In this document: positions 35,234 through 49,904 of the stretch, piece after piece
How positions within the stretch are numbered: position 1 is the stretch's first letter
How the letters are laid out: the number at the start of each line of letters is the position of its first letter
NCBI GenBank assembly: GCA_038087875.1
Contig: CM075993.1
Coordinates: forward strand, 2,606,001-2,670,000
Length of the DNA stretch: 64,000 bases
Source: Malacoraja senta
Lineage: Eukaryota
Reading direction: 5' to 3'
The notes under the pieces: model-generated
Seen by the model: the letters and a program-made list of their open reading frames with translations, nothing else
Told to the model about the DNA's origin: nothing
Database searches by the model: none
Position numbers and translations under genes: made by a program

Positions 35234-38200
35234 CCCAAGAGCTAAATCTAACTCTCTCTTGAAAATACTCTAATAATACACTCCAAGAGTGTTTGATTTT
35301 TGTTTTTGGATTTAATTCTATCTTTAATTTGTGTACTGGTGATGTCTTTGCTATTTATTTCATTCCGCTTACATGTTTGTACACTATTTGTTAAACTTTG
35401 TAAGGTGTCCTTGAGACTTTGTGAAAGGCGCCCATAAATAAAATGTATTATTATTATTATTATTACTTCAGATGAGGCTTTAAGCTGAAGTCCCACCTAT
35501 TAAAATGCCCTGAAGCTATTTAAGAAAATACAAATGGTCTCACCCATACATCCAGAGCATTACAGCCATAACTTAGTCATTTATTGTTTTTAATATATGT
35601 GGAATCTCATTGCCACTGTTTACTTAGCAACACAGAGTTCATAAATTATTGATTGCAAAATAGATGAAATATATAAAATACACTCTTCTCACCTTGGAGG
35701 CTGTTACAAATGTGCAACGTGGACTAAAGAAAATGGTCATAAGAAAGGACATGATAGGCCGGTTAGCCTGATTTCAGTGGATCAATAGGAAATAACAAGG
35801 CTAAATACATCCAGGTATTGCTGCTCATATATTTTAGTGGTTGTGGAAAAAAAAAATGTTTTCTCCACAATATAATTAATATTATCTGTATGGAAGGAAC
35901 GGCAGCTGCTGGTTTACACCGAAAATAGACACAAAAAGCTGGAGTAACCCAGCGGGTCAGGCAGCTTCTGATGAAAAGGGATAAGTGATGTTTCAGGTCG
36001 AGACCCCTCTTCACATCCGCATATGTATTTGGCGACAACAAATAGTTTCATCTATTGGCTTTGTCTTTGCAATTACATGTTGAGGACAGGAGTAAAAGGT
36101 ACTTTTAAGTTGCTTCATCCATTCTTCTGTGTCAGTGCATTCAAAGAGGCAATTAATTCAGTGTGAAGCGGTGGAATAAATTTGTGTTGGTGCCCCCATC
36201 TTTCATTCACCCCAGTTGCAGAGCATTGTTGCTGCATCAGAGAAGCACACTGGGATTGTTACTAGGGGTCAAAAAGGTCAGTCTTCAGCTCGTGGGAACC
36301 TGGTATCATTCATTGTTGAATCAGCGACAGGAATGCTCGCAGACCTTTGTAAACGGATCTGTTGTGTTTTCCTTGGACGTTTGCAGTGGTTATTTTGTGC
36401 CCTGTGCCGTTTTGACCACAGGGACTGAGGAATGTTTACACAAAGGGTCCACCCACCCCCATCACCACACGTAATTGCAACGCCGGACCATTCTCCCCCC
36501 ACATCCAAAAAGCCAGCAGGAACCTCTTCCTCCCACCCCCTCAATATACCTATCAAATACATATGTATATCAGATATGAATATATATCAATATACATATT
36601 ACATATACATATGCATCCTTTATTTTAGTTTACTTGACTTTCCTTTAGAGATATAGCGTGGAAATAGGTCCTTCAGCCCACCGAGTCCACACCGACCAGC
36701 GATCACCCCGTACGCTAACACTATCCTACATACAAGGGACAATTCGCAATTTTATAATTTTATTATCAAAGCCAATTAAGCCTACTAACCTGCATGTCTT
36801 TGTAGTGTGGGAGAAAACCCATGCAGTCACAGGGAGAATGTACAAACTCCACACAGACAGTGCCCATAGTCAGGGTTGAACCCGGGTCTCTGGCGCTATA
36901 AGGCAGCACCACTATGCTGGTTGTCATTGATTTAGTGTATCATGGATTAACTCCCAGCCCAAAGACTAAACATCTAAACACGCATCACCCTCAGTGTGAA
37001 AAAAAAAGCTTGCCCGCACATCTCCTTTAAAATTTTCTCCTCTCACCTTAAAGCTATGCCCTCTAGTATTTGATTTTTCCATCCTGGGAATAAGGTTCAG
37101 ACTGTCTGCCATATCTATCCCTCTCATAATTTTATATACTTCTGCCCGCAACCTCTAGTGTTCCAGAGAAAACAATCCCAGTCTATCTAACCTCTCTCTG
37201 TAGCTAATACCCCATAATCCAGACATCGTTCTCTTAAACCTCCTCTGCTCCCTTTCCAATTTCTCCACTTTCAAATATTAGGGAATGTTAAGTAGAGAAA
37301 TAAGCGTGATTGTGGGGGAAAGAGGGATTGAGGAGTTGATTGGTGCAGAGTAGTGCTGAGAAGATGTTGGTTGTGGTGGTGGGAGAGATGAATAAGGGTC
37401 GGAGAGCCCTCAAAGGGCGTGGCACTATAAGAAACTTGGTTCAGATCTGATTCAGTGTTTGAGGCTCATGTTATCCAAGGCCCTCATATACACAATAAAA
37501 TCTCATGCATGTGATATTAAACTGACATTGAACAATGTACACAATCAAGTTTATTATCAGGTGTTTGATAAAATTCACACATCCATTTGACAATAGACAA
37601 TAGACAATAGGTGCAGGAGTAGGCCATTCAGCCCTTTGAGCCAGCACCGTCATTCAATATGATCATGGCTGATCATCCACAATCAGTACCCCGTTCCTGC
37701 CTTCTCCCCATATCCCCTGACTCAGCTATCTTTAAGAGCTCTATCTAACTCTCTCTTGAAAGCATCCAGAGAATTGGCCTCCACTGCCTTCTGAGGCAGA
37801 GAATTCCACAGATTCACAACTCTCAGGGCGAAAAAGTTCCTGTGTAAAACAACAGTGTTTGCAGGCCTTATATTATTTAAGGTACAGGGCAAGTGTTAAA
37901 CGAAATATTAAAATCTGTTTTACATCTTTTTCTGGTAGAAATTGTCCCTAGTGGGTGTAGAACAGTGTTAATATGCGGCGATTACTGGTCGGCGCGGACC
38001 AGGTGGGCCGAAGGGCCTGTTTCCATGCTGTATCTCTAAAAAAAAAACCAATCTAAGTTTGTCCAACCTTCCCTTATAGCGAATATATTGTAATCCAGGT
38101 AGCATTGTCAACATTGCTGGTGACAATTACTTCTCATGGGTGATGGACTAATAGATATTTTTTATGGGTTCAATCAGTGTCCCATAATCCAGGCTGATGG

Positions 38201-39389
38201 CCCTATCCTGAATGTTGCTGTATTTCAGATGGGACATTAAATGAAGACCTCTTCTAACTCCAAGGGTATATAAAACATCCTGCATCACTATTGCATCAGA
38301 TGCCTTTGAGCAAGTTTTCCTCTTGGAACAGCATCACTGAAAAAGAGATTATCTGATCAGCATCATCACATTCTGTTTACGGTAAGCTTGCTGTGTAGTT
38401 GTTCAAGGCTGCCCCTCTCAGATTACAGTCGTAACTGTATTTCAAAAATATTTCACTGCATGATATGAGCCCGAATAACATGATGCCTAAAAAAAATCTT
38501 TCCTTTTCCTTTTCAACCTTTAGGATTAGGTTTATTAGTTTGGTTTATTGTCACGTGTACCGAGGTGAAAAGCTTTTGTTGCGTGCTAACCAGTCAGCAG
38601 AAAGACAATAGATGATTACAATCGATCCATTTACAGTGTAAAGATACATGATCAGGGAGTAACATTCAGTGCAAGATAAAGCCAGCAAAGTCTGATCAAG
38701 GATAGTCCGAGAGTCACCAAAGAGGTAGATAGTGGTTCATCACTGCTCTCTGGTTAACACATGTATTGAGGTACAGAAAAAAGCTTTGTTTTACGTGCTA
38801 TCCAGTCACATCAGATAATATAATACAAGTCAAACGGAAGTAGAACAGGTAGAGCAAAGTGGAAGATACAGAGTGCACAATGTAGTTCTCAGCATTGTAG
38901 CACATCAGTTCCAGAGACAAATTCCAATGTTACAATGGGGGAGAGGTGATTTGGACAGTAGCCAAACATATGATGGGATTGTTCAGAAATCTGATAACAG
39001 GATGATCTGTTCCTGATGCACACTTTCAAATTTCTACTTTCAGCTTTTCACAGATTTGGTAAATTAACAAAAAATAATATTGCTATCTTGCAGTCTCATT
39101 AACGTTAATTTTTTCCCACCATGTTTTATATGAACAATAACCTAAAAGTCACATAGGTACAGTCAGCTGATGAGCAAGAATGTATTTGTAGAATCCACCT
39201 GATCCTTGTAAGAGGAGGATAAACAATTAATAAGACTCCATTAACAAATGAACAGAATATTTCTCTATGATTTCCAAGGGTCAACGTGATGTGAAGCATG
39301 GATGGAAACATGATAAACATTTCCAAAAATATTACAGCCTTAAACCAAAATATATTACAATGTTAACAAAGACAGAGAAATAGATATTT

Positions 39390-41600
39390 TGTGTAGGAAA
39401 GAACTGCAGATGCTGGTGTAAATCAAAGGTAGACACAAAATGCTGGAGTAACTCAGCAGGACAGGCAGCATCTCTGGAAAGAAGGAATGGGTGACGTTTC
39501 GGGTCGAGTCTGAAGAAGGGTCTCGTTCCTTCTCTCCAGAGATGCTGCCTGTCCCGCTGTAATAAGTATTTTGTTGGATTAAAAGCTAAAAAGATACTAG
39601 TTTGAAATATTATATGAAAATCAATCCTTATTAAGAATTATAGTAACATAAATCTGCTTTTAAGTTGTCACGTATCAACTCGTGTATATTCTTTATATCT
39701 ATCTAAAAATCTATTCTGCTTTGCCATTGCTGCTGCATTATCTTGTACTTACACTTAGACATTACTTGCAGCATTGCCCATCCTAAAAGAACACAATCAC
39801 TGTATTTGTGGAATTGCAAAGATTTTGGGCCACTTGGCACTTTCACAGATGAAGTATTCGATGAACAGGTTTCTGTCACCAAGGTGAGTTTATTGGCAAT
39901 CGCTGCAGGCAATTACAAATCCCTGACGCTGCAAGCATTAGGAACAGGTCATCATGTTGATTGGCAGTGTAACTCGCCAATAGTTGACAGAGCAATGATC
40001 ACCGTTGACATTTTATCCAGTTAAATCACAGACAGGCTGCTTCTCACCATTCCCAAGTTTGCATGTGTAGGAAGGAGCTGCAGATGCTGGTTGAAACCGA
40101 AGACAGACACAAAAAGCTGGAGTAGCATCAGCAGGTCAGAGAGCATCTCTGGAGATAAGGAAGGGTCGAGACCCTTCTTCAAACTGAGAGTCAGGGGAAA
40201 GGGAAACGAGAGTGTGGGCGGTGATATAGAGAGATATAGAAGAAATAAAATGAAAGATATGCATTAAAAAGTTTGCAGCTGCGGTTTTAAATGTTGCAGG
40301 TTCTGGAATGGGAAAATTGATGTGGAAAGAAGTAACTGGAAGGCGACAGCTGAGGCATTGTTTGCTGCTGTCCACATCCCAACCTATGTTTGTAACTGGA
40401 ATAAGTACCCATGAATATATAGTTATATAGTGTAGAAACAAGGAACTGTACATGTTGGTTTTACACACAAGGGCACAAAGTGCTGGAGTAACTCAGCGGG
40501 TCAGGCTGGATCTCTGGAGAACATAGTTAAGTTAACAAAGAAACTGTCAATGCTGGTTTACAGAAATCCATCTGTATATTGTAGGAAGGAACTGCAGCTG
40601 CTGGTTTACACCGATGATAGACACAAAATGCTGGAGTAACTCAGCAGGACGGGCAGCAACTCAAGCAGTTGTGTAAATGGAAAGTAAAATCTAAGCTTCC
40701 AGCTTTTGAATGTCAAGAGAACGGGCTGTTTTTGTTGTGTTAATGCATATTCTATGTGGAAATATATTCTTGGTCTGTTGGGCCGATGTGTGCTATTTTG
40801 GTATAAACACAAGGACAACTGTATGGTTTGCTGAAATGCTGCTTTATACTCAACAATAGTCTAATGAGTCACTTATGATTCAGTTCATCACATTGTGACT
40901 TCAACTCATGGCGTCATTAGGTAAAGGGATATATCATGTCGATGCGTAGGAAAGAACTGCAGATGCTGGTTTAAATCGAAGATGGATACAAAATGCTGGA
41001 GTAACTCAGTGGGACAGGCAGGATCTCTGGAGAGAAGGAATGGGTAACGTGGTCTCGACCCGAAATGTCACCCATTCCTTCTCTCCAGAGATGCTGCATG
41101 TCCCGCTGAGTTACTCCAGCATTTTATGTCCAATGTCAATTGTGTGCAGATATCATCGATCTCAATACTGCTGCATCAAGATCTCCTTGGTGAAACGGCT
41201 TAAACATAGAATAAACTCAAACAGCTGCGCCTTTATTGACAAATGAACCAAATGATATTCAACACCATTATTAGGCTTTCTAGTTTTTGAGTCTGAAGAA
41301 GGGTCTCGATCCGAAATGTCACCTATCCATGTTCTTCAGGGATTCTGCCTGACCTGCTGAGTTACTCCAGCACTTTGTGTCCTTTCTGGTTTTTGAATTA
41401 GTGCATTGACTACAATTAATAGCAAATTAAATTCATTGAAAATTTACACATCATAAATTAGCATATTACAATGAAATGTATTAAACAGTTAATAGAAATG
41501 AATAGAAAAAAGATACAAAGTTCTGGAGTAACTCAGCAGGTCAGGCAGAATGTCTGAAGAACTTGGATAGGTGGTGTTGAGCATCGGGACCCTTCTTCAG
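39390..41600. repeat. Cluster of at least seven PLE-derived half or fold-back elements
   Basis: Repeated gaactgcagatgctgg...tgctggagtaactcagc...gcagcatctctggag arms near 39390, 40065, 40430, 40580, 40945, 41290 and 41510. Confidence 0.75.
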
Positions 41601-42506
41601 TAGTTCCTTGACTCCATAAAATAATAGACTTCAGAAATCTCCATTCACCTCTTGACAATGTTCACTTGGAATCTGATCATGGGGGATGTATGAACCATTC
41701 TTAAAGGACCCTTGGGTAGGAGGCATGAACACATTTTTGAACTACCACAATCCTTGTATGGCTTTGTTGGAGAGGGAGTTTTAGGATTCAGACCCAGTGC
41801 TGATGAAGGAACAGGTTGATTATGTTGCTTATGGTTTGCAAGAGAACCTGCAGGTGATGATATTCCCTTTACAACTGTTGTCCTCATTCTTCTTGGTGTC
41901 ACTATTCCTGCAGGAGCCACTGGTAAATTGGTACTCGGCACTTTGCAGAAGGTACATAGCACAGCATAGTTCCATGGTGTTGGAGGGAGGGGGTCTCTTT
42001 GGATCGTGGATGAGGTACCAATCAAGGATGATGGATGATGCTGAGCTTTGGAGAACGATGATGGACCTGAATGTCATGGGATTTAAGTTGTAGGAGAGTC
42101 TTGGGTGAGGTTTGGATTTGTAGAAGAATTACATGATGTTCAGCCCCTGGTCTCTCATCCGGTTTCAAAACATTGGTTGAGAAGCAGGTATCTACCTCAA
42201 TGGAACCCTACCATTGCTCCATCAACCTCATTGACCCCTATGGATCGCCTTGGCATTGTCTATGAAGGAAAATCACTGAGGGGGATCAGCGAGGGAGGTT
42301 CACAGAGGGGGAGCAGTCCTTCTCTCCAGAGATGCTGGCTGTTCCGTTGTGTTACTCCAGCACTTTGTGTCTATCCTCGGCATTGTCTCCCAGCTGACTA
42401 TTTCACCCGCTAACATGCAGGACAATAAATGGTTCATTAATCTATCAAAGTGCTTCATTAAGCTGAAAACCCCCAAAAGAGACTAGTAGCATTTCAGACA
42501 GTGGGC

Positions 42507-42552
42507 TCACTCTCTCTCTCTCTCTCTCTCTCTCTCCCCCCCCCCCCCCCCT
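42507..42552. repeat. (CT)n microsatellite plus poly-C, within a PLE-type 3'UTR fragment (42500-42810)
   Basis: Read directly from the sequence. Confidence 0.85.
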
Positions 42553-43008
42553 CATCCCCACCCTTGTCGTCCTACCAGTTCCACTGTTGGCATCCATGTA
42601 TCCCTGTCATTAGCACAAGTTCCCCAGCCAACAATGTGCCATTATGGACTCCACCCTTCCTGAGGTCACCTGTACCGGCCCTGTTCAGTTCTGCCCTTCT
42701 CTATCTTTCAGTCTGAAGAAGGGTTCTGACCTGAAACGGCGCCTAATCCATTTCTTCACAGATGCTGCCTGACCCACTGAGTTACTCCAGCATTTTGTGT
42801 CTATCTTCAGTCAAGTGTCCATTGTCCTTCTAGAGAAGTCTTGTGAACACGCTTCCCGTAAAACCAAGATCAATTCATGTGTGGCGCATCAAGCTAAACC
42901 TACACAAATCCCATTTTTCTATTCCCCCCTCCCCACATTCCCATCAACTCCTCCCCATCTTCTTGGCTTTTATCTTTCTTCCTCTGCCACTTTATTTCCT
43001 TTGACAAA

Positions 43009-43301
43009 GTGTTTAAGAAGGAACAGCAGATGCTAGAAAATCGAAGGTAGACGAAAATGCTGGAGAATGCAAGGTAGACAAAAGGTAGACAAAAATGCTG
43101 GAGAATGCTGGAGAAACTCAGCGGGTGCAGCAGCATCTATGGAGCGAAGGAAATAGGCAACGTTTCGGGCCGAAACCCTGAAGGAAATAGGCAACGTTTC
43201 GGGCCGAAACCCGGAAGGGTTTCGGCCCGAAACGTTGCCTATTTCCTTCGCTCCATAGATGCTGCAGCACCCGCTGAGTTTCTCCAGCATTTTTGTGTAC
43301 C
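43009..43301. mobile_element. PLE-derived fold-back element with internal duplications
   Basis: Inverted arms. 14-bp flanking direct repeat ttatttcctttgac (42992-43005, 43302-43315). Confidence 0.8.
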
Positions 43302-44827
43302 TTATTTCCTTTGACTCTGCTCCTGGAAGTCTTTGAGCATTGCTGGCCCTCCTCCAGTAGTTCAGATAATTAATACCTTCATGTGCGGCGAGCGAGTTCT
43401 GGCAGACAGTTCGGTACATCGCAGCAGAGTCCTCACCTGCCATCCAGACACATGCACCTTCCAGCAGGAATCGCTGGTTAACAATTAGGAGTGTGATCTC
43501 CGGCTGATATCATCTTTCCCACGCTCAAGGAAGGCAGAGCAACATCTGCACAGTTCTGGCAGACTTCAGCAGAATGCAAGACCGTTCTGGGGCCGTCGTG
43601 GCCTGCAGCACTCAGCTCTGGATTGAGATGTTCCAATTGTAGACTCATTGACACGGAGACGAGGAAACACTTTTTCTCACAGAGTGTGGTGAGTCTGTGG
43701 AATTCTCTGCCTCAGAGGGCGGTGGAGGCAGGTTCTCTGGATGCTTTCAAGAGAGAGCTAGATAGGGCTCTTAAAAATAGCGGAGTCAGGGGATATGGGG
43801 AGAAGGCAGGAACGGGGTACTGATTGGGGATGATCAGCCATGAATGGCGGTGCTGGCTCGAAGGGCCGAATGGCCTACTCCTGCACCTATTGTCTATTGT
43901 CTATTGACACGGTTTAGTTTAGGGATACAGTGTAGAAATAGGCCCTTCGGCCCACCGAGTCCACACCGACCGGCGATCACTTGTACACTATTTCTTTCCT
44001 ACACATGAGGGACAATTTACAGAATTCAATGAATTAGGTCATAAGGAATAGGAGTAGAATTAGGCCATTCGGCCTTTCAAGTTTACTCTGCCATTCAAGC
44101 ATAGCTGATCTATCGTTCCCTCCTTACCCCATTCTCCTGCCTTCTCCCCATAACCTCTGATATATGTACTATCTAATTCTGCCTTAAAAATATCCACTGA
44201 CTTGGCCTCTACAGCCTTCTGTGGCAACCTATTCCACAGATTCACCACCCTATGGTGTGCACAGCCTAAAGTTGTAAGACAGCTTGTTCTGTTTGATCTT
44301 CTGTTTTGTGCACGCCAGGTTGATTGCATTCGTCGAAACAGGGTGGACCACGTGAAGGTTGCAATCTCCCACCCCAATAAAACATGGTGACCAAAACTGA
44401 ACACAATACTCTAAATGTCACCAATGTCTTATATAACTATAACATGACCTCCCAACTTCTGTACTCAATACTCTGACTGATGAAGGCTATCTTCGGTATA
44501 AACTGGCATCTGCAGTTCTAGCCTACACATTTTGCCTATCTTGACTGAGAATATTGTTATTTAGTTATCTATAGCCTGTGGGCATCACGGGAGTAGTTTG
44601 CAGGATGTTTCCAGGTGGTCAGGGGTTATGGGAAGAAGGCAGGAGAATGGGGTTGAGAGTCTGAAGAAGTGTCTCGACCCGAAATGTCACCCATACCTTC
44701 TCTCCAGAGATGCTGCCCATCCCGCTGAGTTACTCCAGCATTTTGTGTCTGTCTTCGGTGCAAACCAGCATCTGCAGTCCTATATCATTACACAGTCCTA
44801 TATCATTGACGGTTTAACCTAAACAGT

Positions 44828-45260
44828 TTCAGTTTAGTTTATTGTCACATGTACCGAGGTACAGTGAAAACCTTTTTGTCGTGTGCAAACCAGTCAGCAG
44901 GAAGACAATACATGATCACAAGTCTGAAGAAGGGTCTTGACCCGAATCGTCACCCATTCCTTCTCTCCAGAGATGCTGCCTGTCCCGATGAGTTACTCCA
45001 GCATTTTGCGTCTACACATGATTACAATCGATCCATTTATGGTGTATAGATGCATGATAAGGGAATAATGTTTTGTGCAAGATAAAGCCAGCTAAGTCCG
45101 ATCAAGAATAGTCTGAGGGTCATCAAAGAGATAGATAGTAGTTCAGCACTGCTCTCTGGTTGTGGTAGGATGATTCAGTTGCCTGAGAACAGCTGGGAAG
45201 AAACTATCCTTGAATCTGGAGGTGTGCGTTTACACACTTCTGTACCTTTTGCGTGATGGG
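44828..45260 (-). mobile_element. Unclassified non-LTR retroelement 3' end (copies near 17560-17870, 38540-39020, 45680-45740, 60470-60690)
   Basis: Shared tttattgtcacgtgtaccgaggtacagtgaaaagc block with a (ctaaa)n tail on the opposite strand. Confidence 0.6.
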
Positions 45261-46030
45261 ATTATTTCTCCAGTGATGTTCGAGCACTGGGGAGCTTTGG
45301 AGCTTACCTCCGATATAAGAGATGTGGGGAAAGTGAGTCAGGACCCAGCCTTCAGCCATGACTCTACTGAATGATGGAACATGGGTTCACCAGCCTGCTC
45401 CTGTTCCTTCGATGTGCACGTTAAGCGTCTTTTTCAACATCCTAATTATTATTTAATGTGTCTCCGGAGTGAGAATGCACAGCCTTCGGAATTAGAACAA
45501 AAGTGGTCGCTGTAAATCACAGCTAACGCCCGAGAGACGATAGTTTGGAGAAGGACGGATGGACACAAGAAAATAGGAGGAGGAATAGGCCACTCGGCCC
45601 CTCATGCCAGCCCTGCTGTTCAATGTGATCATGGCCAATCTCTCCTGGGCCTCATTTTCTCTTCTGTGCTAATTCCTCTTAGTTTAGTTTGTTGTCATGT
45701 GTACCGAGGTACAGTGAAAAGCTTTTTTGTTGATTACAATAGGAATGCTTAATGGCAGTTTATATTGGGTGCCTTATCCCTCTGTTACACACAATATTAA
45801 TATCACATAACTTTAAAAGATATTGTTCTAACATATGTATATCACAAATACCTTGGCCCCATAGCAGAAGCGTCCACTTGGCGGGGCTGGAAACTGGAAG
45901 TATCCTGAGCTAATTCTGCTACCACCATCAACTATTGCAACAAGTGATGGCTCCCACTGATTGTCGCCGGAAGCTTGCGTCCTTTTCAGGACGGACGATG
46001 ACAGCGAGGTCAACTTTTGAAACATGGAAG

Positions 46031-46227
46031 TGTTAAAGAAGGAACTGCAGATGTTGGAAAATCGAAGGTACACAAAAATGCTGGAGAAACTCAGCGGGTG
46101 CAGCAGCATCTATGGAGCGAAGGAAATAGGTAACGTTTCGTGGCCGAAACCCTCGAAACGTTACCTATTTCCTTCGCTCCATAGATGCTGCTGCACCCGC
46201 TGAGTTTCTCCAGCATTTTTGTGTACC
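46031..46227. mobile_element. PLE-derived fold-back element
   Basis: Inverted arms. 15-bp flanking direct repeat tttgaaacatggaag (46016-46030, 46228-46242). Confidence 0.8.
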
Positions 46228-46687
46228 TTTGAAACATGGAAGATGGACATGAAAGAAGAAGACAAATACCTTTAAAAGAAGATATATTTCTAATGAATAT
46301 TGCAATAACTTTACAAGATATTTATCTAAGTAGCACATATGTAGAGCTGCTGCTTCACAGCGACAGATACCTGGGTTTGATCTTTCCCTCGGGTGTTGTC
46401 CATGCAGAGTTTGTACGTTCACCCTGCGACTGCGTGTGTTTCCTCCCACATTCCAAAGACGTGCGGGCTTGTAGGTTCATTGGCCTCTGTAAATTTCCCT
46501 CAGTGTGTAGGGAACGGATGCGAAAGTGGGATAACATAGAACTAGTGTGAATGGGTAATCGGTCTTGACTCAGTGGGCTGAAGGGCCAGTTTCCATGCTC
46601 TACCTCTGAACTAAAACTAAAAATTATCATACTAGCTTTAAAAGAAGATATTTTTTATAATGCATGTCATTATAAATGACAACATGT

Positions 46688-47040
46688 GCACAAAATCATG
46701 AGAGGAATAGATCGGGTAGATGCACAGAGTCTCTTGTCCAGAGTAGAGGAATCGAGGAGCAGAGGACATAGGTTCAAGGTGAAGGGGAAAAGATTTAATA
46801 GGAATCCGAGGGGTAACTTTTTCACACAATGGGTGGTGGGTGTATGGAACAAGCTGCCAGAAGAGGTAGTTGTGGCTGGGACTATCCCATCGTTTAAGAA
46901 ACAGCTAGACAGGTGCATGGATAGGACAGGTTTGGAGGGTTATGGACCAAGCGTAGGCAAGTGGGACTAGTGTAGCTGGGATATTGTTGGCCAGTGTGGG
47001 CACGTTGGGCTGTTTCCACACTGTATCACTCTATGACTCT
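46688..47040 (+). mobile_element. CR1 3' fragment (similar copies near 262-785, 20450-20810, 21665-21915, 36970-37265, 37590-37840, 43650-43905, 44040-44470, 49765-50490, 59805-60130)
   Basis: KIMRGIDRVDAQSLLSRVEESRSRGHRFKV...VWNKLP and a cactctatgactctat tail. Confidence 0.85.
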
Positions 47041-47289
47041 ATAACTTTAAAATATATTTTTCTATTGCATATACATCTTTAAAAGATGATGCCTTTCTAA
47101 TGCTCATCATAATTTTTAAAGAATATATTTCTTATTATTATCTTGTAACTTCAAAAGAAGATATTTTCAATGTATATTACGATAACTTTGATATTTTTCC
47201 AATGTATCTCACAGTATGTTTAAAAGATTATTTACAATATATACAACAACTTTAAAAGATAATTTTCTAATGAATTTGACAATGTTAAA

Positions 47290-47632
47290 AGATTCCACTG
47301 TATATCACAATAATTTTAAACAATATTTCTCTACTGTATATCACAATTACTTTAAACAATATTTCACTAGTATATCACAATAACTTTATATGATATTTCT
47401 CTACTGTATATCACAATACCTAAACAATATTTATCTACTGTATATCACAATATCTTTAAATAATATTTCTCTACTGTATATCACAATTACTTTAAATAAT
47501 ATTTATCTACTGTATATCACGATACCTAAACAATATTTCTCTACTGTATATCACAATATCTTTAAATAATATTTCTCTACTATATCACAATATCTTTAAA
47601 TAATATTTCTCTACTGTATATAACAATATCTT
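47290..47632. repeat. AT-rich minisatellite, unit about 35 bp, about 10 copies
   Basis: Unit aatatttctctactgtatatcacaatatctttaaat. Degenerate copies extend left toward 47040. Confidence 0.9.
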
Positions 47633-49094
47633 CTTGCAATGGTATATTAGCTGCGAAAAGCCGATAGCCTTGGGCATTCCAGGCTTACTGCTGAATAGAA
47701 CTAATTGGAGGGAATAGCAGTCGGCACACAGTGCCAGAGACGAGACACAACCCCTCACAGTTGTCTTGGTGTTGCTTTTGTACAGCTTAGGTTCAGATTT
47801 AAGTCACATGACCAGCTCGGCACCGAGCATGCCCGAACTAGCTCAGAGTGGAGCTTAATACAAGAGCTGGGAGGACACGGAGCTTGAGATTCATCCCTAT
47901 CCGCCCGCCTCTTGCTTCTGCCTCCTCGCTCCTGTCTCTCTGGTGGCCAGCACACCAACAGGCATAGAACAAAATCCGCATCGTTCACAGTGAGTACCCA
48001 TCATTGTTCCATGGCTCTTTTAATCAAACAATGACAATAGAGGATGCTGCTAAATGGCATTAAACCCACCTACCCGCCTGTTCCAAGAGAAAGAAAAAAA
48101 ATCCCCCAACCAGCCCTGGTCTTTGTTGCTGTTTCTGCATCTGTAAATTCCATGCTTGCGTTTATTTCTCTGTGGCTGTTTGCAGGTTTGGTCAAATTAC
48201 AGCAGGAGCATATTAGTCAACCAGTTGTGGGTGACATACCGTGGATCTGTCATCCCTCCCCACACTCACAATGGCTTTGGCCCACTCTTGGGCCTGTCTG
48301 TTGCTGATTGCGTGGAAATGAGAGGAGAAGAAAGTAATTTGTGAAACAAGACTGTCTCACTCCACATCTGAATATTCCTTCAGGTGTTTAGTCTTTAAAA
48401 TGCTACGGATGTTAAATCACCTTTGTAAGCGATTTATTCTGATTTAGCCCTCTTGTCAGTGAAGGAAATGAATTTTGTGTGTTCTGGATTAGATCATCCA
48501 AAGCATTGAATGTGTTGGTTGTGTCTGTTGTTGCACTGGCTTCTAGTTTCCATTGTAATATTATCTTTGCAATAAAATGTGTCAATTTGGCTGTCGGTCA
48601 GGCTTTCTGGCCCAGTTTTTAATCTTGAACAATGGCTAGTTTGTGCTAACGGATTTGAATTTCATTGGTTTAAATTCATTTCCTTTGAATGACTTGTTTA
48701 AAGAGAAAAAAAATAAATATGAGGTAGGAGGGTTATGGAACTGTGCATTGGTTGTGAATTTGGTGTTTGTGGTGACTGTTTTGTTTGCCATCCACGGAAC
48801 AACTAACAAGTGAGACACCCTTAAGTGTGGCGTTACCCTCCAGTCTCGCAGTCCTGCGTTCACATTTTTTGAGTTGGGCAAGTCCGATTTCTCTGCGAGT
48901 TTTTCCTGCGTTAATTGAGTTGGTCCTGGGGCTTTTAGCGGTCTCGTCTCAGCACCACTTCTCATTGCTACACAATTATCAACATCAGCAATATCCACGG
49001 GACGGTGGGAGCAGGGATTTGGGCTTTAAAAAGGGGAACACTGGCACTAGACGTTCATCGGCCACCTGTGTGACCCGCAACGACCGGAGTTTAT

Positions 49095-49340
49095 TTGTGT
49101 GGGATGGAACTGCAGACGCTGGTTTACAACAAAGACAGACGCATGATGCTGGAGTAACTCAGCGGGTCAGGCGGCATCTCTGGAGAAAAAGATTAGGTGA
49201 TGTTTCGGGTCGAGACCCTTCTTCAGACCCTGTCTGACTCTCCCAGTCTGAAGAAGGGTCTCGACCCGAAACATCACCAATTCCTTCTCTCCAGAGATGC
49301 TGCCTGACCCGCTGAGTTACTCCAGCATTTTGTGTCTATA
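49095..49340. mobile_element. PLE-derived fold-back element with hammerhead-like core on both strands
   Basis: tttcgggtcgagacccttcttcagac...gtctgaagaagggtctcgacccgaaa. 12-bp flanking direct repeat accggagtttat (49083-49094, 49341-49352). Confidence 0.8.
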
Positions 49341-49904
49341 ACCGGAGTTTATAGTTAGAACGATTTGTCACACGGACTTAACTTAGTGAAGATTATTTTA
49401 TTTTTTATTGAGTGCGTTTAATGTGAGCTTGCCTGGTCTTTAGCCACAATGATAGCCTCCATTGCCATGCATTTGGATACATTTGCATTCAGCTATATCT
49501 AAATTAATAATGTCCAGGTCAGTCTGTGTGTTTCTGAGGGTTTTGAGGAGGTTTGAAGCAGAGGTTTGCAGCCTGGGACCATTGACTGGGACATTGTGGT
49601 GGAAAAGGACACATCTTATTGTACCCACAGTTAAGCAACACAAGCTCAGGGCTTTGTGGCATATGCAGTACATATGTGTCCGCTATTGTATTTGCTCAAC
49701 AAGTATCGGTCCACTGAAGTCCATGGAGCCAGAATAAAGCCAGATTTTAGACTTTTTTTTCTAGAAACATAGACAATAGGTGCAGGAGTAGGCCATTCGG
49801 CCCTTCGAGCCAGCACCGCCATTCAATATGATCATGGCTGATCATCCAAAATCAGCACCCCGTTCCTGCTTTCTCCCCATATCCCTTGAATCCATTAGCC
49901 CTAA

